Positions 28,845-37,028 of a DNA stretch of 64,000 bases are shown here, one piece after another. The notes beneath the pieces were generated by a model. That model was not told the DNA's origin, did not search any database, and worked only from the letters and a program-made list of their open reading frames with translations. The number at the start of each line of letters is the position of its first letter. The first letter of the stretch is position 1. The DNA is from an uncultured Thermoplasmata archaeon (GTDB lineage Archaea; Thermoplasmatota; Thermoplasmata; RBG-16-68-12): contig CAVYJM010000006.1 of assembly GCA_963768855.1 (NCBI GenBank), positions 32,001 to 96,000 of the forward strand. The letters run 5' to 3'. A program made the translations under genes and the position numbers.

Positions 28845-29753
28845 TCAGGATAGTGTCACCGGCATCACCCACCAGCCGGAATGCTCGCGGCCAACGGCTT
28901 CGGCGGCCAATTTCGCGGCCTCCTGCGTAGGAAACAGGCCAAAGCAGGTCGGGCCGCTGCCGGAAAGCCGGGCGAGCAGGCAGCCCTCTTGCCGCCGGAT
29001 TGCTTCGAGCGCGCGCTCGACGGCGGGCTCGATTGCCACGGCGGGCGGCTCCAGGTCGTTGCGGCCATGCATGAGCGAGGCCGCGGCCTTTTCAGGGCTC
29101 GAAAAGTCCGCCCCGGGGAGCGGGGATGCCGGAATTTCGTCCGGCCGGTATGGGGCCGCGTTCAGACGTTTGAAAACCTCGGCCGTGGAGACCTTTATTC
29201 GCGGATTGACGAGAATTGCAGGGAGCGCTGTCACATTCGCGGCAGGGGTAACGCGCTCGCCGAGGCCGCGCATCCATGCGGCGCGGTTATAAAGGCAGAC
29301 CGGAACGTCCGCGCCGATGGCGGCGGCCTTCTCGATAAAGCTCTCCGCGCAGGCCGGATCGCCGTAAGCGCGCAGCAAAATCCGCAATGCGGCAGCGGCG
29401 TCCGAAGATCCGCCGCCCAACCCCGCCGCGACGGGGATGTGCTTGTCGAGGCGGAAATCGCCGTGAATTTCGCGGCCAAGCCAGCCCGAGACCGCGCGCT
29501 TGGCCTTCAGAATAAGGTTTTCGCCATCGACGGCTCCCGCAAAGGGGCCTTCCATGCTGAGGTGGTCGTCCGGCGCTGGCGTGAAGCTCAGCTCGTCGCA
29601 AAGGTCCGCGAACACGACCAGGCTATCCAGCTCGTGATAGCCGTCGGCCCGCTTGCCCAAGACATGGAGGGTGAGATTGACCTTGGCGCGGGCTTGCTCG
29701 CGGATGATAGCCGGAAGCGCGCCGTCATGCGCTGTTGCTGAAGGATGAGTCAT
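28845..29753 (-). CDS. ispE: 4-(cytidine 5'-diphospho)-2-C-methyl-D-erythritol kinase
   Basis: AKVNLTLHVLGKRADGYHELDS, KHIPVAAGLGGGSSDAAA, IGADVP, RLSGSGPTCF. Confidence 0.96.
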   Translation of the reverse strand: MTHPSATAHDGALPAIIREQARAKVNLTLHVLGKRADGYHELDSLVVFADLCDELSFTPAPDDHLSMEGPFAGAVDGENLILKAKRAVSGWLGREIHGDFRLDKHIPVAAGLGGGSSDAAAALRILLRAYGDPACAESFIEKAAAIGADVPVCLYNRAAWMRGLGERVTPAANVTALPAILVNPRIKVSTAEVFKRLNAAPYRPDEIPASPLPGADFSSPEKAAASLMHGRNDLEPPAVAIEPAVERALEAIRRQEGCLLARLSGSGPTCFGLFPTQEAAKLAAEAVGREHSGWWVMPVTLS

Positions 29754-29787
29754 AATCGAACCGTTTTGCCCCTCATGAGCGGCATTA

Positions 29788-29885
29788 CCCCTCACCCTGT
29801 CCCCTCTCCCAATGGGAGAGGGGACGCCTTCCCAACGGCTGCGAGCGAGCCCCCTCTCCCATGGGGAGAGGGGCAGGGTGAGGGG
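29788..29885. repeat. REP-like palindromic element, family A
   Basis: cccctcaccctgtcccctctccc...ggggagaggggcagggtgagggg. Confidence 0.9.
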
Positions 29886-29992
29886 TAACGCGCGTTGTGC
29901 GGATCACCGGCCTTGGGTACTAGACGGCGAAAGCGAATTTGTCGATGCTTCCGCCGCAAATCTAAAAGGCTGTTGCCCTTTGGGCGGGGCCT

Positions 29993-31825
29993 TTAGGGGG
30001 TCTTCGTCTCGGGCTGCGCCGCGGGAGCGGCAGGGGCAGCGGGCTGCTCCGCCGGAGGCTGTTTTTCCAGCTCCGCGCGCGGGCCGGCCTCATCCGCCAG
30101 CCCGGCCTCGATCTTTTTCTTGATCTTCGCCGCGTCCTCGGGCTCCGGGTTCAAGCTCAGCGCCTGCGTCCATTGAAACTTTGCCTCAAGCTTCCGGCCG
30201 AGCCGCCAATAAACGTCGCCCAAGTGATCGTTCAAAGTCGGGTCCTCGGGGCGCAGCTCGACTGCCTTATCGAGATGCTTGACCGCCTGCTGGTAATCCT
30301 TCTGGAGATAGTAAGCCCAGCCCAGGCTATCGATGATGTAGCCATCGTTGGGCCTGAGCTTGACCGCCTTTTTGATGAGATCGAAAGCTTCCGGGATATT
30401 CATATTCTGATCGAGCCATGAATAGCCGAGATAGTTCAGTACGGCGCCCTGCTCCGGATCGAGTTCAATCGCCTTCTTGAAGTCGGGCTCCGCTTTCGGC
30501 CACTGCTTCGTGCGCTCCAAGGCAATCGCGCGCGAATAGAACAATTGCCAGTCCTTCTTCTCCGGAGTGCCGATAAGCTTTATCGCCCGGTCGTAGTATG
30601 GAATGGCGCCCTCGTAGTTCTTGCGCGTGCTCTCGATTGCGGCAGCCGTCTGCAAAAGTTGCAGATTTTCCTTTTGCTTTTCCAGCAGGGCTGCCAGCAG
30701 GGCGGACGCCTCGGGGGCCTTTTGCATCGAGTTTAGATAGAGCGCCTTACGCATTTGGGCATTGACCCAGAATGGCGACGGCTCCTGGATCTTGTCGAGG
30801 ACGGTAATCGCCTTTGCATAGTGCTCGACATTTCCATAAAGCTCGGCGAGCTCCAGCTTGGCAATGTCCGACTCGGGGTTCAGCAGGAGTGCCAGGCGAA
30901 AATAGACCTGTGCTGCGTCGACGCCGTTGTTGGCGGCGGCCACCTGTCCGATGCCGAGGAACGATTCCGCGAGCCCCTCTTCGGCATTCGAAACCATGAG
31001 CTTTGGCGTCTTGCCGGCCTTGAGCTCCTCCAGCAGCACCTTGCCCAGCGGCGTCTCTTGGGCTCCGGATTCCTGCAGGACAGCTAGCGCCTGCTCCCGG
31101 TCGCCCGACACGGCAAGATGCCGGGAAAACGCTTCGGCGATGCGTAAGTTCGGCGCCTTTTTGTCGTGGACGGACCGGTAGGCTTCCTCGCCCTGCGCCC
31201 AACTTTTGGCGACGTCCGCCATGAACGCCCGTTGAACCGTCTCAAAATGGACGGCCCAAGCAGTTTTGGGCGCAGCCTGCAGCGCGGCGATTGCCCGGTC
31301 CGCATGCCCAAGCGCAACGCCAGTCCACGCGCGCGACAGCCTTATCGTCGGATCTTCCGCCGTGGCGGCGTGTTGCGCGATTTTGAAGTGCTCGTCCGCC
31401 GTCTGGAAATCCTGGTGCTTGTAAGCATCGACGCCTAAAAAGATATGGGCGATGGAATTGTCCGGCTGCCGCCTGACCAAGCGCTGCGCCAGGCTTTTCG
31501 CTTCGGCGTAATTGCCGGACGCAAGCTCAAGCTGGAAAGCTTCGTCGAGAATGTCTTGGTTGCCGGGGTCCTTGGCGAGGGCGCGCCGGTAATAAAGCGC
31601 GGCGTTATCGCTGTCGCGTGTCGCTCGCGCCAGATGGCCCGCGAGGTAGCTGCCAAGCAGCGAGGTGCCGTCGAGGGTTTCGACTTGAGGAACTGGCCTG
31701 CTCTTGGCGCGGAGCGCTTGTGCCGTTGGCGCCGGTCCCGTCATAAGGAGAGCGAGTGCGATCAGGGGCACGGCCTTCTTCAGGGGGGAAAGACGGAAGG
31801 CTGGTGCTGTTACCATGTGGAGCAT
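29993..31825 (-). CDS. Tetratricopeptide repeat protein
   Basis: Signal-like N-terminus, multiple TPRs, LNYLGYSWLD, IIDSLGWAYY, HLGDVYWRLGRKLEAKFQW; usual position upstream of ispE. Confidence 0.92.
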   Translation of the reverse strand: MLHMVTAPAFRLSPLKKAVPLIALALLMTGPAPTAQALRAKSRPVPQVETLDGTSLLGSYLAGHLARATRDSDNAALYYRRALAKDPGNQDILDEAFQLELASGNYAEAKSLAQRLVRRQPDNSIAHIFLGVDAYKHQDFQTADEHFKIAQHAATAEDPTIRLSRAWTGVALGHADRAIAALQAAPKTAWAVHFETVQRAFMADVAKSWAQGEEAYRSVHDKKAPNLRIAEAFSRHLAVSGDREQALAVLQESGAQETPLGKVLLEELKAGKTPKLMVSNAEEGLAESFLGIGQVAAANNGVDAAQVYFRLALLLNPESDIAKLELAELYGNVEHYAKAITVLDKIQEPSPFWVNAQMRKALYLNSMQKAPEASALLAALLEKQKENLQLLQTAAAIESTRKNYEGAIPYYDRAIKLIGTPEKKDWQLFYSRAIALERTKQWPKAEPDFKKAIELDPEQGAVLNYLGYSWLDQNMNIPEAFDLIKKAVKLRPNDGYIIDSLGWAYYLQKDYQQAVKHLDKAVELRPEDPTLNDHLGDVYWRLGRKLEAKFQWTQALSLNPEPEDAAKIKKKIEAGLADEAGPRAELEKQPPAEQPAAPAAPAAQPETKTP

Positions 31826-32096
31826 TTAGGGGGTCTGCCCTTTCGAATCTTCAATATTTGCAGCGCCGCCGCATTTAAGCTGGCCGAATTTGGCGCATGA
31901 GATAGGCGATTGCCGCCAGAGTGTCAAAAGTGAATAGGACGCCCGGCGCCGCCTGAACCTCCGGCAACATATAACAGCTTTTCCGCGCGGCATACGCCAA
32001 TTCACACAATCCAGCTACAATGGGACGAAATCGCGGCCAGTATCTTCAAGTCTCCCCGGCCGGCTTATGCGAAATCTGGCCGATGGCTCGCCGCTT

Positions 32097-32193
32097 GTCA
32101 TCCCGGAACGGCTCTTGCGCCGTATCCGGGACCTTGAAGGGCGCCTGCTTTCGTCACAATCCCGGATAAAGCCGCTGGCGTTTCGGGGATGAC
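32097..32193. repeat. REP-like palindromic element, family B
   Basis: gtcatcccgga...tccgggac...cccgga...ggggatgac. Confidence 0.82.
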
Positions 32194-32311
32194 GGCTGCG
32201 AAACGCTCAACTGGCATTCGGATTATGCGGCTCACAGAGCTGTCATGGAACACGGAGACAAACCGCTTGTTCGTCACCTGAGCTAAGTCCGACAAGGAGA
32301 GGAGTACGGCC

Positions 32312-32656
32312 ATGAGTTTTCTATATGCCCAGGGCGATTTGCTGATCGAACGTGTCGCCGACATCCCTGTATCCGGCGTTCCCATGGAGCCGGGGCCTGA
32401 CGGCGCCGCCGTTCTGCTGGAAGGCGAGACGACCGGACACCGGCACGCGATCTACGACCGCGTGACCATGTTCCGGGACGACGCGCTCGCGCACGACATT
32501 CCGAACGGTCTCTATGTTGGCCACGTCCGGGTGGACGGCCCTTGTGCACGGATTCAGCACGACGAGCACGATGCCATCACCGTGCCAAAGGGGATCTATC
32601 GCATTCGCCGCCAACGTGAGCTTGAGCCTAAAGATGCACGGATCGTTGCAGACTAA
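32312..32656 (+). CDS. Small conserved hypothetical protein with QGD / GETTGHRH / HDEH / RQRE motifs
   Basis: Strong RBS (AAGGAGAGGAG); YAQGDLLI...LLEGETTGHRHAI...IQHDEHDAITVPKGIYRIRRQRELEP...VAD. Confidence 0.85.
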   Translation: MSFLYAQGDLLIERVADIPVSGVPMEPGPDGAAVLLEGETTGHRHAIYDRVTMFRDDALAHDIPNGLYVGHVRVDGPCARIQHDEHDAITVPKGIYRIRRQRELEPKDARIVAD

Positions 32657-33758
32657 GCTCAGGCGCCTGTCCCCGGAGCAACTGGCGTGCATCGCGGATC
32701 ACCGGAAGCGGTGGGTCCAAATCAGGACCTCCACGGCGCCAGCGAACCGGGAGGAGGCGGAGCGCGGCATCGCCGCCGCCTACGGCGCGGCGGGCTGGCC
32801 AGAGCCCAGGCAGATCGTCTGGTGCTCAAGCCCGATGCAAATGGCGGCGCTCTGGGCGAAAACCCCGCACGAGCGTTCAGGCGCCAATCTTAAAGCCGCC
32901 ATCGCGGACCAGGTCCGCAACCGGGCGTCTTTCGCCATTCAGCGCCGCGTCAGCGGCAGCGTGCTCGTAACCGTCGAAGAGCAGAGCGCGCAGGCGGGGG
33001 ACGAGACGCTTGGCGATAGCGTCCGGGACGCAGTCTTGCGGGCTTCCCAGGCCATCCGTTCCGCGGCGCCCCACAAGCGGCCGTGGCTGTTTTGGCTGAG
33101 CAGGCGGCGTCCCTGGCTGCAATTGGAGGATGCCGGCTACGCTCCGCGCAGCCATGGCTGGCTTGAGCGGCACGACTATTTCCGCTCTGTGTGCGGGTTG
33201 ACAAGCGAGACGGAGCCGCTCGCGGGCCTTCTGCTCATCGCCGCCCACGCGGATTGGATTATTCCGCACAAGCACATTTGCTGGGTATCCGAGCCCCCGC
33301 AAATCCTCAATACGGACGAGCGGGGCCGGCTTCATGGCGCTTCCGGGCCCGCCCTCCAATACCGCGACGGGTGGACCATTTACGCGTGGAAGGGCGTGGA
33401 GGTGCCCTCGCGCGTGATCGAGCGGCCCGGGCAGATCACCGCCGCCGATATCGACAGGGCCGTGGACATCCATGTCCGCCGCTGCATGATCGAGCGGATG
33501 ACGCCGGAGCGGTTTATCGCGACCGGGGCCGCTTTCCGGATCTCGGAGGACGACACCGGAATCCTCTGGGAGAAGCGATGGCACGATGGCGACGCTTGGG
33601 CCGCCATAGAGGTCGTCAACGGCACCCCGGAACCCGATGGCACCCATAAGCGGTACTTCCTCCAGGTGCCGCCCAATATGCTGACCGCCCGCTCCGCCGT
33701 CGCCTGGACCTACGGGCTCACCGCGCGGCAATACCGGGGCCTGCTGATGCGCACCTGA
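32634..33758 (+). CDS. DUF6745-like domain protein
   Basis: TAPANREEAE...YGAAGWPEPRQIVWCSSP; WIIPHKHICWVSEPP...GRLHGASGPALQYRDGWTIYAWKGVEVP; VNGTPEPDGTHKRYFLQVPP...AVAWTYGL. Family name recalled from memory, not searched. Confidence 0.78.
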   Translation: MHGSLQTKLRRLSPEQLACIADHRKRWVQIRTSTAPANREEAERGIAAAYGAAGWPEPRQIVWCSSPMQMAALWAKTPHERSGANLKAAIADQVRNRASFAIQRRVSGSVLVTVEEQSAQAGDETLGDSVRDAVLRASQAIRSAAPHKRPWLFWLSRRRPWLQLEDAGYAPRSHGWLERHDYFRSVCGLTSETEPLAGLLLIAAHADWIIPHKHICWVSEPPQILNTDERGRLHGASGPALQYRDGWTIYAWKGVEVPSRVIERPGQITAADIDRAVDIHVRRCMIERMTPERFIATGAAFRISEDDTGILWEKRWHDGDAWAAIEVVNGTPEPDGTHKRYFLQVPPNMLTARSAVAWTYGLTARQYRGLLMRT

Positions 33759-33778
33759 TGCGGAGCGGCACCGCATCC

Positions 33779-34207
33779 TTAAGAGAGGTCGATGGCGAAG
33801 CGCTTAAGGTCCTTCAGCGCCACGATCTCCAGCGCGCTTTCATGGGTTGCCGCCAGCACCACCTTCGGGGCCATGCCGGCCTCGAAGGCTTGCCGCCATC
33901 GCGCCGCGCACAGGCACCAGCGGCCGCCAGGCTTCAGGCCGGGAAAATCGAATTCCGGCATGGGGGTGGAAAGGTCGTTTCCGGCTTTCTTGGAAAACTC
34001 CAGAAACTCGGCGGTCATGACCGCGCAGACGGTGTGCGAGCCCAAATCTTCCGGCCCGGTATTGCAGCATCCGTCACGGAAAAAACCTGTCACGGGCGAA
34101 TCGGAGCAGGTTTGCAGCGGCTCCCCGAACACATTCTTTTGGGGCGCGGGCTCATTTTCTAGCATGTCACGCAAGGCGTTTGGCTCCAGCTTTTTCATTT
34201 CTTGCAA
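33779..34207 (-). CDS. DUF2237 family protein
   Basis: NVFGEPLQTCS..PVTGFFRDGCC.TGPEDLGSHTVCA...NDLSTP..FPGLKPGGRWCLCAARW. Confidence 0.9.
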   Translation of the reverse strand: MQEMKKLEPNALRDMLENEPAPQKNVFGEPLQTCSDSPVTGFFRDGCCNTGPEDLGSHTVCAVMTAEFLEFSKKAGNDLSTPMPEFDFPGLKPGGRWCLCAARWRQAFEAGMAPKVVLAATHESALEIVALKDLKRFAIDLS

Positions 34208-34513
34208 TAAGAGTGCCGGAATTTGCAGCGCCGGTCGAGAGCTTCCGCACGGCCTGCTTAAGCGCGCCTGACCGGGCGCCGCGGTCGCATCGGCCCGGCG
34301 AAACCGGGGCTGGGCCGGCTTTTCCTGCCGGGAGGGCGGGAAAGCTCTTGTTAACGTACTTTGCTAGCATTTTGCCGCGTTCCGCGCCGCTTTTCGATAT
34401 TGAACTAATTTAGCAGATGCGCTTTGAGAAAACGTTAAGAGCGCAGTTCTGGCGCAAGTGTTTGATTTAAAGCGGCAAAATTTGCGAACGAAACGCCCCT
34501 AAACTGGACTTTC

Positions 34514-34650
34514 GGTTAATTCAGAAGTTGCGCGTATATTTAAACGGATTCTGAAATCGTAGAATTCGACCAGAAACACGAAAAGATTCGCAAAAACACG
34601 GCGGCGGAAAATATGAGTAACCGCGGTTAACCACGCCCGCATTAATCATG
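34514..34650 (+). repeat. ~137-bp AT-rich intergenic element, copy 1
   Basis: Manual alignment to the reverse complement of 55054-55189 gives 109/137 identities, including exact 19-bp (tatatttaaacggattctg) and 17-bp (gaaaagattcgcaaaaa) blocks. Confidence 0.9.
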
Positions 34651-34692
34651 CTGCGCCCGTAGGGAAGCTTCATTATTTGTTAATGCTTTTAA

Positions 34693-34977
34693 TTAGTCGC
34701 CAGAACTGTCCTCAAACTCTTCGTCAACGATCTCGCCGATGCCGAGGCTCCAGCCTTCGTATCCGGGCAGTGCGCGCGCTTCGGCCAAGGGGGACGGCGA
34801 AGGGATAGGGAGGCCCGCATCCAGAGCCGCATCGATCCACGCCGCCGCCGCTTCCTTCGCGGCCTCCATGGCTTCGTCCAGGGTATCGCCAGCCGAGAAG
34901 CAGCCCGGCAGATCGGGCACGGTGACGCCGAACGCCGCGTGCTCCGAGCCTTCTTCGATCAGGACGGGGTAACGCAT
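34693..34977 (-). CDS. hicB: HicB family antitoxin, orphan and lacking a C-terminal DNA-binding domain
   Basis: MRYPVLIE...FGVTVPDLPGCFSAGDTLDEAMEAAKEA...GLPIPSPS; no hicA adjacent. Confidence 0.85.
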   Translation of the reverse strand: MRYPVLIEEGSEHAAFGVTVPDLPGCFSAGDTLDEAMEAAKEAAAAWIDAALDAGLPIPSPSPLAEARALPGYEGWSLGIGEIVDEEFEDSSGD

Positions 34978-35005
34978 CATAGACCTGCCTGTTTGCGGAT
35001 CGCCG

Positions 35006-35356
35006 CTATGGTTCTTGATCGTTCGAAGCTATTGCCGCTTCGACTGCCGCCTTCAAAACCGGAATATCGTCCTGAACGATATTCCAAACAATCTGATTGT
35101 TTACAGTGTCGTATCCGTGACGGAGCCGATTTCCAATATCGGCAACATGACGCCAGGGAATTCCGGCATGCTTTTGCTTGAACTCCTCAGGCAGATGGCG
35201 GGATGTCTCGCTTATGATCTCCAGGCATCTTCGATGCCAAGCCGGAGAAACTTGTTCGCGACGAATTGCTCCCAGGTGAGGTCCCCGGTGTGCTGTTGAA
35301 GATAGCCGATCGCTTCAAGGATGTGCTCCAGCGCGGCCGTTCAGCGTCGCGCGCAT
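35006..35356 (-). pseudogene. HEPN (DUF86) toxin with two frameshifts (missed by the ORF track)
   Basis: Manual reverse-strand reading: MRATLNGR/LEHILEAIGYLQQHTGDLTWEQFVANKFLRLGIE/(R)CLEIISETSRHLPEEFKQKHAGIPWRHVADIGNRLRHGYDTVNNQIVWNIVQDDIPVLKAAVEAAIASNDQEP*. Confidence 0.85.
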
Positions 35357-35650
35357 CAGAAGACCGCAATTCGTCGTCCGCCATACGCCGGCGGAATTTT
35401 TCCGGCGTCGAGGAGCGAAGCACGACCTGCGTTTCTATTCCGATGGCGTCCTCAATGAGAAGGGCAACACCGGGAAGATTGATGAGGGAAAAGCGGCTTT
35501 CGGATCGACATCGATGAGCACGTCCAAATCGCAATCCGGCCGCTCGTCACCGCGCGCCCGGGAGCCGTAGATCGCCAGGCGCAAAACGCCCTCGGCGCGG
35601 ATCGCGCTCTCGTTCTCCCTAATCTTGGCCAGGATTTGCTCGCGGGTCAT
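35354..35650 (-). pseudogene. MNT antitoxin with two frameshifts
   Basis: MTREQILAKIRENESAIRAEGVLRLAIYGSRARGDERPDCDLDV (GSx10DxD) / SRFSLINLPGVALLIEDAIGIETQVV...DDELR/(V)F*; TGATG overlap into the HEPN gene. Confidence 0.85.
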
Positions 35651-35867
35651 GGCTGCATATTAGCTCTGTTCGTTTGTTGCGTCACCTGCCGTGGCGACGG
35701 CTCCAGCCGCCGGGTGAAATACCGCGGCATTCGAGCCGACCTGCCTCGCCAAGCTCGTCCACCATCCCGTTGAAGGTCTTGCTGGACAACGGCGTCAGAT
35801 CATCCCGCGAGGCTCAGTCTTCAAAAAACCAATTGCAGGCCGCTCGACACTACTGCTAAACAGTAGT

Positions 35868-36158
35868 ATGATCGATGACGATTTCGAATGGCATGCGGCA
35901 AAGGCCCGCAAGAATTACCGGGACCATGGCGTCACATTCGACACGGCAGAGAGAGCCTTTTCCGATCCGTTCGCGATTGCCATCATCGACGAGCGCGAGG
36001 ACTATGGTGAGGAGCGGTACAATTTGCTTGGCATGGTTGAAGGCCAGCTCCTGAACGTCACTTACACCGAACGCTCAGGCCGTTACCGCTTGATTTCGGC
36101 GCGCCGCGCCACCAAGAAGGAGAAAGATGACTATTTCACGCAGAACGCGCAAAGCTGA
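35868..36158 (+). CDS. brnT: BrnT family toxin
   Basis: FEWHAAKARKNYRDHGVTFD.A...F.DP...EDYGEERY...G...LLNVTYTER...RLISARRAT..E. Confidence 0.9.
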   Translation: MIDDDFEWHAAKARKNYRDHGVTFDTAERAFSDPFAIAIIDEREDYGEERYNLLGMVEGQLLNVTYTERSGRYRLISARRATKKEKDDYFTQNAQS

Positions 36159-36477
36159 ACCCGATCTCCGGCCCATGCGGCCGATGACAGAGGCCGAGAT
36201 CGAAGCCGCCGCCCGCGCCGATCCCGATGCGCAGCCTTGGACGGAGAAGCAGCTTGCCAAGGCCAAGCGTGTGCCGCGGGCCAAACTCATCCGCCGGGCG
36301 CTCGGATGCACGCAGGAACAGTTCGCCGCGCATTACCATATCCCGCTCGGGACGTTGAGGGATTGGGAGCAAGGCGCCGCCGAGCCGGACCAAGCTGCAA
36401 AGGCGTATCTGACCGTCATCGCCCGCGAACCCGAAATTGTACGCAAGGCGCTGGCGCAGCGGCCTGAGCCGGCGTAG
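36127..36477 (+). CDS. XRE/Cro-C1 HTH antitoxin (HigA/MqsA-like)
   Basis: MTEAEIEAAARADPDAQP N-terminus; RRALGCTQEQFA...IPLGTLRDWEQG..EPD..AKAYL.VI; overlaps brnT. Confidence 0.88.
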   Translation: MTISRRTRKAEPDLRPMRPMTEAEIEAAARADPDAQPWTEKQLAKAKRVPRAKLIRRALGCTQEQFAAHYHIPLGTLRDWEQGAAEPDQAAKAYLTVIAREPEIVRKALAQRPEPA

Positions 36478-36524
36478 CAATTCAACCGCTTGTGCACTGG
36501 CTGCCTAGATGACGGATCGCTTCT

Positions 36525-36807
36525 TCATTTCGCGGTTTTGAGCCGAGCGGCGTGATGAGCGCGAATCCGGGCGGAAACCGTCTCCACTGACAAGGCGCGG
36601 CCAGGATCGGCCTGCATTGCGTCGTACACAGGCGCCACTTCCTCGCGAAGCCATCGCTCGACAGCGCGATCGCGCTCCTGTAGCGCCCGCAGCCCAGCCC
36701 GCACGACCTCGCTCGCCGAGGCGTACTGCCCCGAACTCTACGAGCCCGTCAATGTAAGCGGCATGCTCTTCGGGCAAACTGATGGTGCGCTTTTCAATGT
36801 GGGACAA
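36525..36807 (-). CDS. ParD family (RHH) antitoxin, +1 frameshift near 36730
   Basis: AAGGAG RBS and TTG start; RTISLPEEHAAYIDGLV..G/QYASASEVVRAGLRALQERDRAVERWLREEV. Confidence 0.82.
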
Positions 36808-37028
36808 GGGCGGCTCCTTTCTTGCGATGATCGAGTATGACTCTTTCATACCGGCCGGGCAAGCAAAAGAAGCGGGGCGTTTCGCTGAGCCGTCAGTGCG
36901 TCTTAGGCGCCGGTCAGCATGCTCCGGCAGCGCTTGGCGCTGCCACAGGGCTCACACTGACGCGACGCTGGCGTTCAAGCATTTGCATCGGCCTGGTGTG
37001 TCGTCGCCAATGGCAAACGGCTTGAGAT

